A stretch of DNA of 64,000 nucleotides from Balanoglossus misakiensis (GCA_040954595.2 CM082585.2:5853808-5917807); one strand, 5' to 3'. Numbered from the stretch's first letter, positions 37,401-51,128 are shown. Numbers and translations: made by a program. Notes: generated from the letters alone by a model not told the origin.

Positions 37401-38522
37401 CCATCTCTGACAACTGTGGCTCCACGGAAGTAAAGGTTTGAGTTTCTTGCACTCTGGTCCGACAAGGTGGTATGCGCCTCGAAAATCAAAAGTTTAAACT
37501 TTTCACTCAAAATTTTGCTCAAGTCAACTTAAGATTAATCTCTCTCAACAATGAGGATAAAAATTGGAGATCAACAAGCAGAATGTCGAATGAAAGAACA
37601 TCTACACTGTGAATGCCGGGGTCAACATTATGTTGACATGATAAAGAGGAACTTGCCAGGATAGTGCTAACTCCTTTTAAAGACCTTGTATTCTAAGAAT
37701 GGGTTTATGTCTTTCTTTGAAATAATTGTTTATTACCGGTATTACATTAACTATTTTAATTATTTTTAACTTTTATGTTATCATTACCTTCAAAAAGAAA
37801 CATTACTTTAAAAAAGAAATAGTTCAGTAATTGAAAATAATTTTATACTCTAAATTATAACATCACAACAAGAATCTGCCAAATATGACACATCTCCTAA
37901 ATATGAATCTGTGTTTATATATCAGATAAATCAACAATGGAGTATATGTCAAAAATTCCTTATCAAACACTTAGGTTTGTAGTCCTAAGTAGGACCCCCT
38001 AGCATATGACTATTGTGATATGATATGTCTTATAAATACAATATCTTATAGTCTATGGCATATTTGTATAGTAAATTTTTGCCTGCTAAATCAGTTTGGT
38101 AGGGACACAAAAGTTGTACACATTTCCATCTTTGAAGCAAACAAATATTAATTATAATGTTAACATGGAAGGAACCACTTCCTAGGGGGGGTGATAAAAG
38201 TCCATCCATTCACCATAGGAAGGACTGCCACAACTATTAAAATATGGAAGAGATCCTTTTCAAAACTCAAGTGTTATTACCAGGTTACAGCTGCCATGTC
38301 AACGCAGTGCTGGTAAGCTATGGTTGCTATGGAAACACAAATAGCAATAAGCCACCAAACAAACCTGTTGGTCAAAAAAATTTAATAACATATTTAGGCC
38401 ACTTACACTGTTGGGACATACTCGTGTGGAAATGCATTGTGGGTATAGACCCAAAGCATACATGTCTTCCCGACTGCTCCGTCACCCACGACGACACATT
38501 TTATATTTCTGGCCGCTGACAT
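34424..38522 (-). CDS. Second Rac/Mtl-like Rho-family GTPase paralog
   Basis: Exons (minus) 38522-38407, 35901-35787, 35585-35468, 34865-34705, 34507-34424: [50 protein letters not shown]...[18 protein letters not shown]...[21 protein letters not shown]...KKCIVL*. The first four exon lengths (116/115/118/161) equal those of the 24000-26998 gene. Confidence 0.95.
34602..34696. mobile_element. About 90-bp MITE-like repeat with TTAA-CCCTTTCACC / GGTGAAAGGG ends (piggyBac-like termini)
   Basis: Short TIRs, and the core is shared with copies at 24222, 46973 and 51042. Confidence 0.75.
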
Positions 38523-40816
38523 AGCTGCTGTCAGTCACTGCGAAGAAATCAAACCAACGATGAAACAAGTGAATTATAGTGTTGTCCATGTAGGCAAAAA
38601 ATCCTGGTCCTTACTGGGCAATAGATTTGGTTGTCACAAATTGACAAATGCTTTATAGCCTACAACCTATTAAATTTCAAAATGATGGATTTAAATTTAA
38701 GGCATTTGTTTCTGTTCATACTTTTTAAAAAAATTGTATTTCCTTAAACATGTCATGATTTCTGTCAGTTTCAAGAGTAGTTGTCAATGAGCTGTTTCCC
38801 TGCTGAACATGTTTTCGTTGGGTTTTCAAACTTTTTGTAATTCGATTTTCACAAACTTTCATGCTATAAATTTATTATCATAATATATTTACACGTGTTT
38901 ATACTGGGATAGTAATGACTAATGTACTGATAAACACGATTGTCAGTACAGTGAAGTAATTAGCATAATAATAAAAAGTGACCTCGCAAAGGTCAATGTG
39001 CACGATTGTCGTTAATAATGTCTACCGCTCGAATGAGCTGTTTTGTTTCCTGTTGCGAGATTTGGGTCGGAGGAAAGTAAAACTATGTCGTACACTAATT
39101 TGATTGCAGAATGAAATCACTTGGAAACAATCTACTTAACCGGGTCAAAGCAGGAACATTCTAGCGAATAAAACGTCTTTCTTTGGCATGTCCAATTTTA
39201 CATACTGAAGTCGACGCCCAAGGCTTTGACTGGCGTCGACGCTTCGTTGTCCAAGATTTCAGAAACACACCCGCGATCTACACAACGAAGACTTCCGCAG
39301 TCTTTGCCGGTGTCACGTAACGTGTGTTTAGCGACCGTAGTTATATAATACTCTGAGACAGATACCATTTCTCAAGTGGGAATACGTGTTCAAGTTTTGT
39401 TGAGAGAGACCTCTCTTCCAACGCCCTTCAAGATCTTTGTCAGTAGTGTCTCTGCTGTTCTTATTTGTTCTGGTACTTCGTCTACAAAACACATATTGGC
39501 CGGGAGAAAACTAAATGCAACACATACTGTTGCGAATTCGACCGGTAGACAAGCAAAGTCATATCTTATTACACGGGAAGTATTTGTACTGTGTCCCTTG
39601 GGGGCTGACCGATCTTCGACAAGAGAAGAGGGGGTGCATGTTTTCGAAGTTCGCAGTGACCGCGCGTTTTTCGGTGTCAACGTTGCGGTTACCCACCAAA
39701 TACTCATACTCAATGAACAGTACATACCTCGGGGGATCTCCAATCTAACTCCTCAAAGTTTCGATGGTCAAGACCTCTGACATGTATCAAAACGGAAGCA
39801 CCGGGAAGAGTTTGGAGAGTATATATCAAGTTCCTCACCTGGTGCTAAATATAGCGGCCAATCGTCGTGATCACAAGTTTTGTAGGTAACGCTGGGGGCG
39901 CTACACGTTGGACCCACCCTGTTGATATCAATATGGCAAGGCATGTCGATTTCTGTCTGACAACAGTGTCCCAGGCCTTCCAGGCTGATCGACCGGCGGA
40001 TCACGTCGCGTCCGTCATAATTTTATTAACTTCTTATAAGTGATGACAAGTTCTGAGGATCTCGTTGGTGACAGAAACAAAAATACGAATTCACCATGGC
40101 ATGACATCATACACGTGCTTGGAATACCAAAGCGACTTTAAAAAGTAAACTTTTTGTGACTTTGTCTACAATAGTACTATTGGTAAACGTACACTGATCG
40201 GACTGACTGGAAATGCATAGTAACAATATTAAACTCAACTATTTAACAACAGACTGCCGTAAATATATGAGAAATAAATGTTGCGGTAAAATTTCTCATC
40301 ACTGATATCATAGTGCAAGTTCAGTGGAAGTCAATTCATTCCGCGTTCACTTGTTCATATTTTGCTGATATCAACATTTTTTATGTTTGAGCAATATTTT
40401 GTCTTTTTAAGATTTTTTTTTAAAAATATGTTGCATGGGTATTATATTCAGGGATGTTGTCTCTCAGATTTCTTAACATCACCTCCCCTCTTTTGGAAAT
40501 GGACGGGTCGATGTTTATTTGTCAACAGCGTACGCGTAAGCGCGTCTGCTGGCGTGTAATCCATTTCCGTGCGGTGTCTGTTAAAGCTAGCTTCAGAATC
40601 ATATTTAAGTTTTAATTCCCTGTGGGCCCTGCATATTTTTCCAAATTTACCTGGGTTAATCTCGTATTTTCGCTAAAAGCACGTTTAATTATACACTTAT
40701 GGATGTAAATTTTATCCAGCTGTAAAATTCAAGACACTCTGTCGGATGACTTTACATTATATTCCATCCGACTTCCTCTACAATATGAAGTCAAAATCTT
40801 GCCTGGAAAGGACAAA

Positions 40817-41422
40817 ATGGCGGCCACCGAAAAACCTGTCGGCGTCGATCAACTTGACTCGCAAGCTAGCAATCCGTTGTCCCGGAAACTGAATAAGATA
40901 TTGGAGACGAGGCTCGACAATGACAAGGTATGGGAATCAAGTGCATCGCGTTTTGCCGCCCCGTCTTCGTGATTTATCTTCTTTGTGGGCGGGTCGGGAC
41001 AGTGTGTGTGTTAGCTGGTGCATCTGTGTCAGTCATTCAATCACAGATTACTGGGGTACACGTCACCACGGTTTCGTTGCACTGTGATCGCCCTTTCAGT
41101 CGTCACTATCGACAACAGTCAAGTGCACATTTCCGATGTCACATCCTTCTGAAGAAAAAAAAATCCATGTACTGCCGTGGAAGACGCTCAAAGACACTCG
41201 TGATGACATCATGATCACTTTTGTCATCTGAAGTGAAGGGGTGGGGAACATTTCGTTTGGGGTTGAATATGATACTATTTATGTATTGAACTTCTAAAAT
41301 TAAAAATTGAGTCTTTAATTGGAATTTTTGCTCACTTTTGTTTTGCCCGATTTTGCATTATTTTAATGGTCACCCGTTTGATTAGATGATGATGATGATG
41401 ACGATGATGATGATGAATTGAC

Positions 41423-41462
<40 letters not shown>

Positions 41463-44400
41463 GGGATCATATACCGTAGTTTGCCGGGTAAGAGCCCCTG
41501 CTCGGACAAACGCCCCCCCCCCCCTGGTTTTAGGGCCCATTTGTAGATCGAGGCCATATCCGGTCTAAAGCCCCCCCCCCCCCCCCCCCGGCCGAATATC
41601 CATTAAATTCTTGGAAATTTAATAAAGTGCAATGCAAAAAAGGCGGATTTTCATCCCCAAAGTCACTAAAAGTGAAAAAAAAAATGTATGATGATTTACT
41701 TTCGCGCTGATTATCGTACCCACCGCGGCCGACTGGCCACGCTGAGTTATATATAGCCGCTCTAGAAAACATGACCTCAGACAGGTCCCTCGGGACCGTG
41801 CCTCGAATTCAACGATCACGTAGATGGACGCGCTGCCGCGTGTGAGGTCACCGGGGAGCTTTCCAAAGCGGCCGCGTGGAGCTGCTTCAGTCCGTCCTCG
41901 ACGCGAAACACCCAACATTGGAAGATCCCGACTTGGACTCGGAGAATGAACCACTCAAAAATTTGCATAAAAGTCGAGGTGGCCATCCCTCATTTGCATA
42001 AATCTCGAGGCCATATCCGGGCTAAAGCCCCCCCCTGTTTTTTCGCTAATCTGTTGGCCCAGCACCCGGGGCTCTTACCCGGCAAACTACGGTATTGAGG
42101 CAATTGTCTATCCCCGACTAGTTTTACCATATTTGAAAGCCTCCTCTTTCTCTAACAACAGGAAGTATTGGAGGCCCTGAAGGCCTTGTCGACATTCTTC
42201 CATGACAACAGTCTGAGAAGTCGTCGTAACTTGAGAGGTGACATAGAGAGAAGAAGTTTGGCAATCAATGAACAATTTGCCCAGGCAATTCAGGAAGTGA
42301 AAGAGGTAAATATGAATGTGTAGATTTGGAATTTAAGTGGTAAGGCTGATGTATCTGTTCCTGAACTTGACGGTGAGATCCTTCATTTTTGTCAACAGTA
42401 CACCATTCCACATCTCTGAAACTGTTCAAAAATAGACATTTGCTGGCATCAATATGGAAATAATGTTTTTTGATCTTGAGTATGATTGTTTTGAAAGTCG
42501 GTGGATCATTGAACAACTGTCGTGTGTTCTCTTCACTTGACTCGTGATTGAAACTCTTTATCAGTTGATTTTTAAAAGAAAATCAGTACATTGTTGTTCA
42601 TTTACAGCAACTCGATAGTGTGTACTTGGATGTGGAATCCATGGCAACATGTTGTCAAGAAATGACAAACAGACTTCAGGTAAAGATACATTTTTGTTTC
42701 AGTCAACAGAATTACAGGAATGAAATTCTCACAGAAATCACAAAATACAACTATTAAAAGAAGTGACATCATTTGATTTCAGGGTCCCCGACTATATCTA
42801 ACTATATCTGTGTATCTTTTCTCTCATCAAGACGGCAAGAAGTCAGACGTCCGATTTGATCAACAAGACCACAAAGCTACAGACAGAAAGGTGTGTGTGA
42901 CTTTCATGAATGTCACCCGGTTTCCTTCTTCAAGGGTCCAACTTCACCCTAGATAAGAATCAATTGGAATCTCACCATGGTGGCGAAATTGTTGAACCCA
43001 TTGAGTTTGTTAAGTTTGAGATAGTAACTCAGTGTACCGTCATTCTATAAGGTAAATTTTAACCATGATGTGGATTTCTCCTCTATTCTTGGTAGTCAAC
43101 GACTACAGATGAGAGCAGAAGTGGCCGACGCATTTCTGAACAGATTTCAACTGACATCAGAAGAAGTGAAAGTCTTACGAGGCACCAGAGATGGTGTTCT
43201 CCATGAAGTATGTATTACTTTCTAGCTATCGTACTGTGTCATACTTTATAAGTGTGAATAAGCTGGCGTGAATTAGCCCAAAATGAAAACATTTTCTGTA
43301 GGAATTTTTATGGAAAACCCTTTCTAAAAGTAACAAAAATTGTATACTGTATATTCATAATTCAATTAAACAGAAAAAATATATGAATTAAATTTGCAGA
43401 AGAGTATGTGCATTCATGTTCAAATTTAGATGCAAGCTGTTTTTGCATGCAGTAAGTAATAACTTCAGGATTATGTTTTGTTTCTCTTGTCAACACTTTT
43501 CTCGTAATTCTAATTTCAGGATTTCTTCAAAGCAATGGCAAGAGTGAAGCAAATCCACAATGACTGCAAAGTACTCCTCAGAACCAACCAACAAACAGCA
43601 GGGTATGTTTTTGGATTTGTATTTTAGAAATGTTTTTCTCTCACCCATAGAGGTTCGAATGAAGCATGGCTTCACAACCCAAGTCTACAGTAGTCATTTC
43701 AAAAAACTTTAGCAAACTGTTAATAGAGTCAGTATGTCTTTCAATTGTCTCTCTTTCTCTCTGTGTGTCTGTCGGTCTGTTTGTCTGTCTGTCTGCCTGT
43801 CTCTCTCTGTCTCTCTCCGTGCCTGTCTATCTCTCAAAACTGACTTTCCAAAGACATCTTTTTTGACTAACATTCATCTGGTAAATTGCAAGATATACCG
43901 ATGGACTTAGTGAGTTTGATGTGTTCTAAAAAAAATTATTCCATATTTCTCACACAGGTTAGAAATCATGGAGACAATGGCACTACATCAGGAAACAGCT
44001 TACGAGAGACTGTATAGGTGGACACAAGGTATATGAGTGACTCATTACTATTTTAAGACGTTGTGTTGTTATTGATCAGTACTGATATTAATACATGAAC
44101 AAACTTGCTAAGATTTGCAACATCCCTGAAAGTTATTGACAGTCTTAGCATCTGAAACAGGCCTGGGATAGATACATCTTTGTTTTAGGTGTTGATCCAC
44201 CCAGTGCCCTGCTTGGAATATTTGTCATGAAGTTGTCTCCTTCTGTTTCGTTTTCAGCCGAATGTCGAATGTTGAGCAGCGACTCGGTAGAAGTCTCGCC
44301 GTTGCTTTGTCAGGCCATGCAGACGTTGCAGGATAGGCCTGTCTTATTCAAGTAAGTTAAGTCAAGACTGGATTGCTTCAGAACACTGTATTAACAACAC

Positions 44401-47400
44401 AAGTCGCCTTTTTCTAAAATAGTGTTCCAAATCTTGACATTCTTTTCAGCATTCATAGACAGGACAGTTTTTGTTGAGAATGTTCAAATCCATTTTTCAC
44501 AGTTCAATTTTTCAGCAATCTGCCTTTTTCATAGCGTGCGGCCATTACAGATTTTCTTATGTATGACATAATGCTGCACTCGAATCAAAAAGTTTTAGCA
44601 GCCTAAAAATATAGTCATGAGACCCAAGTTAATAACTTATCTTATCAATATCTTTATGACTAAATAATATTTTTTGTATTGTTATGCTAGATATTCCCTT
44701 GATGAATTTGGCACAGCCAGGAGGACGGCCGTGGTTCGTGGATTCATCGATGCATTGACTCGCGGAGGTAAGATCGACCTGTACATGTCATACTGGCTAC
44801 GTTTGTGTGCTAATTTAAGGGAAGGGGTCGTCATGCCACGTGGGTGTCCCCTTTGATGAGAATGTGTCCTCCCATACCAGCACAAACCTCACTGCAGTCG
44901 CCACGACCTACTAGGATCTTCAATTGCTGTCATGCCCAGTCTACGCTACGGTTGGCTGCTTCGTTCAGTCTAAGAATTATCTAATTTCAAGGATTTGTGG
45001 GTGAATTCTTATGTTTATCAGCAAACAAACATGGCACGACGACCACTTCCCATTAATGACAAATCAGTTTATTTCTGTAAAGCTATAGTATATCAAACTT
45101 CGTTACTTCATGATGCAGCCAACAGGTTCTGATACATGTATGTGTATACGTCTTGTGTCTCACAGATTTCTGAATGATACATATGGCATTTCATAATTAT
45201 TGTATTATTTGATGCTAGGTCCTTCGGGCACACCTCGTCCAATAGAACTGCATGCCCATGATCCGTTACGCTACGTCGGGGACATGCTAGCGTGGCTCCA
45301 TCAGGCCAGTGCTTCAGAAAAGGAACATTTGCAGAGTTTGGTGAAACTGGTCTCAGATAAAGGTTTGTCCCGTTCTTACATTCCACAATCTCATCTTAAA
45401 ATAAATCATTGCACTAAACAATTAGCACTAAACTGTACTATAGAATTAAACACAACATTCAGTATCATTCAGTACAGTACAGTACAGTACAGCACAGCAC
45501 AGTACAGTACAGTACAGTATAGTATAGTATAGTATAGTAAAGTATAGTACAGTACAGTACAGTACAGTACAGTATATTACAGTAGAGTATTGTACAGTAC
45601 AGTACAGTATAGTGTAGTATAGTACATGTATATGAACATCAGATCACCTAAGAAATTAAATTTTTGCATGTGTCATTTCAGCCGGTAATCTTCATCTTGA
45701 AGATATCATTGGCCATATAACAGAGGGTGTCTGCAGACCATTCAAGGTACGATGGCGAGTTTTATCAATTTTCTTGCATGCAGTGATCAACTCTTCCCAA
45801 ATGTGAAACAGACTTTTTGTATTCCATTCCAGTGACCGCAATCATTTTCAGCAAACTTTTACTCTACCTTCCAGGTCCGAGTGGAACAGGTTCTTGTCTC
45901 AGAGCCTGGTCCTGTGACGTTGTATAAATTATCCAATCTCTTGAAATTCTACCATAACATTATTGGGTGAGTAAGGTACCGTTCGTTCATTTTCATAAAT
46001 AGTTTATTGACCTAAAGTAAAGCTCTGGATAAAGAGGGTGACATAGCATATTTGAATATTTACGATGTCTGTCAGTGAGCTTAGAAAATTAGATTACCCA
46101 CTTGTCGATGTAATACAGTGTGAAGTTTTTCACCAGTTGTAGGTACCAGAATATTATTTTTTACATGTAATGATTACAAAATTGATACAAGAAATATTGC
46201 TATTGGAGAATGTATTATCAAGGATTACAAAAGATTCTGCCATATTTTTTAGCGTACCACTGAAAATTCTCGTCTCTGTCTTTTCAGACAACTCTTGAAT
46301 GCAGAAGCCATTCTTCTCAGCACAATCTCTGAAGTCTACGAGTTATGCCATAGGATGTTTTACAACGCTTTGAATTGCCACGCTCAGAGACTCATGGAAA
46401 AGGTGATCATGACTACGATAATACGAAAATCTTTTCCCAATCGGACAAACAAGCAAACAAGTTGTATTTTATATTATGGAATGATTTACATACATGAAAA
46501 GCTGTCTTGGAAAACAAGTTAACATAAAAGGTTCACCACCTAGAATCATTTCTAATGAATCATATATGATTTGAAAGTTTTCATGACAAAAGCAACCCTG
46601 TCTTTAGCTATACTGTTGTGGAAATACATGGTGAAGTATGAAAGTCTGTAATAATCACACAAAAGTTTTACTGGTAAATTAAAATTTAAATGTCAGTTGT
46701 TTTATCAGAACTCTAATGCCCGGACAGCTTTACTTTGTTTCTGTCAATGATGCATAAAGATATTAAAGATAAAGTTTGAATGTATTTTCAGGTAGAGCTT
46801 CCCCCAGCAGACTTGGGACCCACACAGTCATTGAACCAAACCTTATCGCTGCTGAGACAAGTCTTGGCGTCCCATGATTCCTCTGTTGTACCACTTGATG
46901 CCAGACAGGAAGATTTCGCTAAGGTGAATTAGTTAATCTGGTGCACTGTTTGTTTGTGACATTGTCAGTACTTTGACCCTTTCACCCCCAGTTCCCCCTA
47001 TAGAGGTCCTGGTTTGCCGTAGAAAACAATGGATTTGGACCATACCATTGTGGTGAAAGGGTTAACTAGCCTTTTGTGTGCTTGGGTGCTGTGTGTAAAT
47101 ACTATAATTACCGGTAACGCAATCATGTCATTGAACTATTTTTATGTAATGTCCCACGCACATTGTGTGTGTGTGGAATATGGCTGACAATTCTGCATAC
47201 ATAGCTGAGAACATCTGTAAGACTTCTTGGAACAAAAAAAAACCCACCAAAGCATCTTTTTCTCTCAATATAGCAACTGTGTTTCCTTTGACAGGTTTTA
47301 ACCTGTGTGTCGGACCCAAAACATAACTCTCAATATAGCAACTGTGTTTCCTTTGACAGGTTCTAAGCTGCGTGTTAGACCCACTGCTTCAAATGTCTGC

Positions 47401-49044
47401 TGTGTCGGCCAGCAAACTGAACCAAGCCGATATGGCTGTCTATATGGTGAACTGCATCTACGTGATGCAGTCTACTCTGGCATTGTATGAATTCACAGAT
47501 CAAAGATTGGAAATGCTGGAAGGCCAAGTAAGTGTTTCTAGATGTGTGATAGTGCAGTGGTCAAAACAAGATGGAGTTCCCAGGTGGCGTGGTTTCTAGG
47601 TTTTCTACCCAGATAACCCTCTCCACAGAATAAATGATACAAGAGATTGTATATATGTTTTCAACAGTGACATTGCTGTCTCTCTATATACAACTTGGAC
47701 AAGCCAATCGCTTGGTAATTCAACATGCTCTAGGAAGTAGACATAAATTAAAATTCTGTTAAAAAAACATCAAGGCTGCAACTACTGTCCCTATGCCTCT
47801 AATCTACTATGTCCGTGTATTGTTAAATGGGTGTGTCTATATGGCCACCTCTATAGGTATATACACCATTGGGACCTTATGCGTCTGTCTGTATGTTTCA
47901 TGGTTCTGTTTTTCCCCTTTCTTTCAGATTGAAGCTCATCTCGACACCATCATCAATGAGCAAGCATCATTCGTATTATCCAGGGCCGGACTGGCTCATA
48001 TCTATAGTATTATTCAAAGACACCAACCAAAAGAGGTTAGCGTGGCAATCAATTATTAAAAGCTAGACATACATGGTGGAATTTGGTGTTTCAATCACAT
48101 CTGTAAAATATGCCAAAATTACATACAATGGTCCAGGTTGTGTTGTATTTTCATTTGTTATGTTCGTACGGACCGAATCAAATCATCGCATTGTATGTTT
48201 GATTTTTAGGGGCCGTTGTCATCAATTCATGGTATGGATGCCAACACTTTGAAAGCAGCAATGGTAAGTATCACAGGGCTGACAAGCTCTCCTTGTCTGA
48301 AATGTCCTTCATATTACAAGCTGGATATGCTGTGGAAATAGTTATGCTGAGATTTTGGGTTTCATTGTCCCGGCCTATGTAGGCTTCAGCACATATTAAT
48401 ATTCTAGCAAAATGCTGTTATAGCATTGGTTTTCAACTGGTATTTATTTTCACTGTTTTGCAAATTTGGAGTATCATGAATTTGGATCGACCTAAGTCTA
48501 CTTACAGAAACGAAAATGTGAAAGAATGTTACGTTTTTCTCGTTAAGTATCTAATTAACTGATAATTTGTGTGATGACACATTGGACTGTTTATTGAATG
48601 GACTGTTCTTTTCACACAGGGCAAGTTTGATTCGTACTTGTCGTCGCCCGACAGCCTGATAATGCCACAAATGAACTTTATACAGAGTACTTCATTGCGG
48701 TGAGTTGAACAGGGTACTATTCAAATTTTGAACATAAATAACATACGAATACCAGTATACTTAATGCCTCAAGATGTTTGCCGTTAAATTTATGTGCTTT
48801 TTGCTTCAAATATTGGCTATATAACTAGTTGGTTTCATCGATTCTTGATGCTGAGATAAACATGTTATTCATTAATGATGTCCTATCTTCACACAGGGAC
48901 AAAGTTTACAAACAGTCGACGGAATTGGTGTCAGCCAGTTACGAGTACGTCTACAAATGCATCATGGATCCCAAGAGCGGATACACCGATCCAAGATCTG
49001 TCGTCATCAGAACTCCTCAGCAGGTGAAAACGTTACTCGGCTAG
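40817..49044 (+). CDS. COG6: Conserved oligomeric Golgi complex subunit 6
   Basis: 19 phase-consistent exons: 40817-40927, 42162-42305, 42608-42679, 42832-42890, 43096-43207, 43520-43602, 43958-44028, 44258-44351, 44691-44767, 45219-45362, 45682-45746, 45875-45966, 46288-46402, 46792-46923, 47360-47527, 47928-48035, 48210-48263, 48620-48699, 48897-49044. Motifs [66 protein letters not shown]. Confidence 0.97.
41383..41462. repeat. (GAT)n microsatellite in COG6 intron 1
   Basis: Interrupted GAT run seen directly. Confidence 0.95.
41474..42092. mobile_element. Non-autonomous Tc1/mariner (pogo-like) element with TA TSD in COG6 intron 1
   Basis: TA-CCGTAGTTTGCCGGGTAAGAGCCCC ... GGGGCTCTTACCCGGCAAACTACGG-TA (perfect 25-bp TIR), with an internal direct repeat TCGAGGCCATATCCGGNCTAAAGCCCCCCCC at about 41548 and 42005. 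Confidence 0.92.
45468..45625. repeat. (CAGTA/TAGTA)n pentanucleotide simple repeat
   Basis: Seen directly in a COG6 intron. Confidence 0.95.
46973..47065. mobile_element. Copy of the about 90-bp TTAA-ended MITE-like repeat
   Basis: TTGACCCTTTCACCCCCAG ... GGTGAAAGGGTTAA. Confidence 0.75.
47263..47383 (+). repeat. 65-bp-period tandem duplication of a COG6 splice acceptor and exon start
   Basis: TCTCAATATAGCAACTGTGTTTCCTTTGACAGGTT occurs twice, with AG ending at 47294 and 47359. Confidence 0.9.
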
Positions 49045-51041
49045 CGTGGAGTTTTGAGTCTGCATCTTGTGCCAAATGTGCACACCTAAACTGTGACAGA
49101 ACTCTCGTCATTGGACTTAATTTGACCTGGTACTATTACACACATAGACACGTTACCGAGCCATCTTGTCACCCACAATGGACTAGAGATGTTGATAAGA
49201 ATTGAATGATACCAGCATTGGCCTATATTTATGAGTCTGTTTCTGACTTTCTGTGTACAACATAATCACCATTAATTTGCACAAAATCTCCAGTAATTTT
49301 GTGTAGACAGCTTTTAATAGCTGAAGCTTTGTACCTATTAAAGTCCCGATGCTTCGAATTAATTTTTGGGGCTACCTGGTTTAATTTGATATCGAATTGA
49401 GCATGTAGTGCAACCATAGTCTTAATTTTACCTCATGTTTTGGTTTATTTAAATTTTTTGCATACTTTTGCATACTGTGAACTATTCTTCAGTATAACCA
49501 TTTATATTGGCGTTATGTCTGCAGAACAGGTAGCAGTGGTCAAGGTGCATGCTAAAAATCTTGAAAAGGGGGCAAGGTATCGAAATAATACTTAGGGTGG
49601 ATGTATCTGTGCTATTTGAGCCTTTCAATCATGTTGCGGTGATTCCACTCTATAAAACAAAATGGCCGCCACACTACATAGCCAACTATGTACCCTGCAT
49701 CACAGTGCGATCTACTCCTGAAGTTTATATGCATGGTAGTGACATCTGTTTTTGTCATTCATCAGTTTCCTTTGCAAAAGTCATAATTATCATGAAGGTT
49801 CTAATGGTCTGCTTTGTCTTCTTGCAAATAGTGCAATATTCTACATGGATGTAAAGGTTTGCATGTAAATGTGACGAATGTGGGATTCAATTTTGGATTG
49901 GTAAAAAGCATTTTTTTTCAGAAACTTATTTTTACTTCACGGTAATGTACATACTTTTACATATATTGGAATTCTTGGTTAAATATATTAATTAAAATAA
50001 AGATATGTTTGACATGCAAAACTTGTGTTATTGTTCTTTGAGTAACCGCATCCGGATTGTCTGGATTAAAGGGGCACATTTTTTGACAGTTTTGTTTATA
50101 TGTGCATCTTTCGGTACTAAGATTAAAATGTTATGTTCACTGAAATATGAGTAATGGCTGGATGTCAAAACTGATCAACTCACACTCTTTATATGGACAT
50201 AATATGCAAATACTTCCATCATACATACATACATACATACATACATTCATTCATTACATACATACAAAATACATACACAAAAAATATAAACACACACATG
50301 TATATAAAGCTTGTAACCACATTCTCACATACTGTTATAGAGAAACACAACATTTATTCTGAATTTACAGCGGCATTTAATGTTCAAAGAACTGTTGTAA
50401 TAAATATGACTTCTTTTTTGTAATATTTTCAAAACTAACTAGGAAAATAAACAACATGTTCATTTACAGTACGTTTCTTCATCGTTTTTCTTCATTTTTT
50501 ACGAGCGGAATCACGGCGTAAAATCATGGAATAAAACTACGTGGGAAAAAGCGCTATACATATATTGAGTTGAAAAATACATTTGAGAAATAACGTTTCA
50601 TAACACTGACAAAACAAAGACTTCATAAGTAATGATATGCTGAAAACAGGCATACACACATCCAAAATTCTAGTTTATAAACCGACGGTAACAGAAATCG
50701 TATACTGTACATTATTCTGTATTTAACCATCTCGTGAAATTTATACATGACTTAAACGTGGATTTAAAACTGCTTGATGTTTTAAAAATCTAAAATACTA
50801 CATGCCTTTGTACAATGTTTTGTTAGAATTTCACTACGCTAACACAACGACTGGAGATAACCTACGAAAAGTGTACCTCAAGGTAAAAGATATGAAATAT
50901 TGGAGCAATACAATCGAATAAACCATTCTTAAAATGACTTTTTTTTACATATTTTGCATGACGTTTCACTCACTGCTTGATTGTGTTTGTACACATAGAA
51001 AACCAGGGTGATAACTGAACTGGAAATTTTGGTTTTAGTAT

Positions 51042-51128
51042 AAACCTTGCACCCCCATTTCCCTCTTTTAGAGGTCCAATTTTACCATAGGAAACAATGG
51101 ATTTGGACCAAACCATTCGGTGAAACAG
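51042..51128. mobile_element. Degenerate copy of the about 90-bp MITE-like repeat
   Basis: Core CCATAGGAAACAATGGATTTGGACCAAACCATT is shared with the other copies. Confidence 0.6.

Noticed and set aside
1797-49044. A functional glycan cluster (two sulfotransferases, lectin-like FReDs, COG6)
   Set aside because: Animal gene neighbourhoods are rarely functional operons, and nothing in the sequence shows co-regulation.
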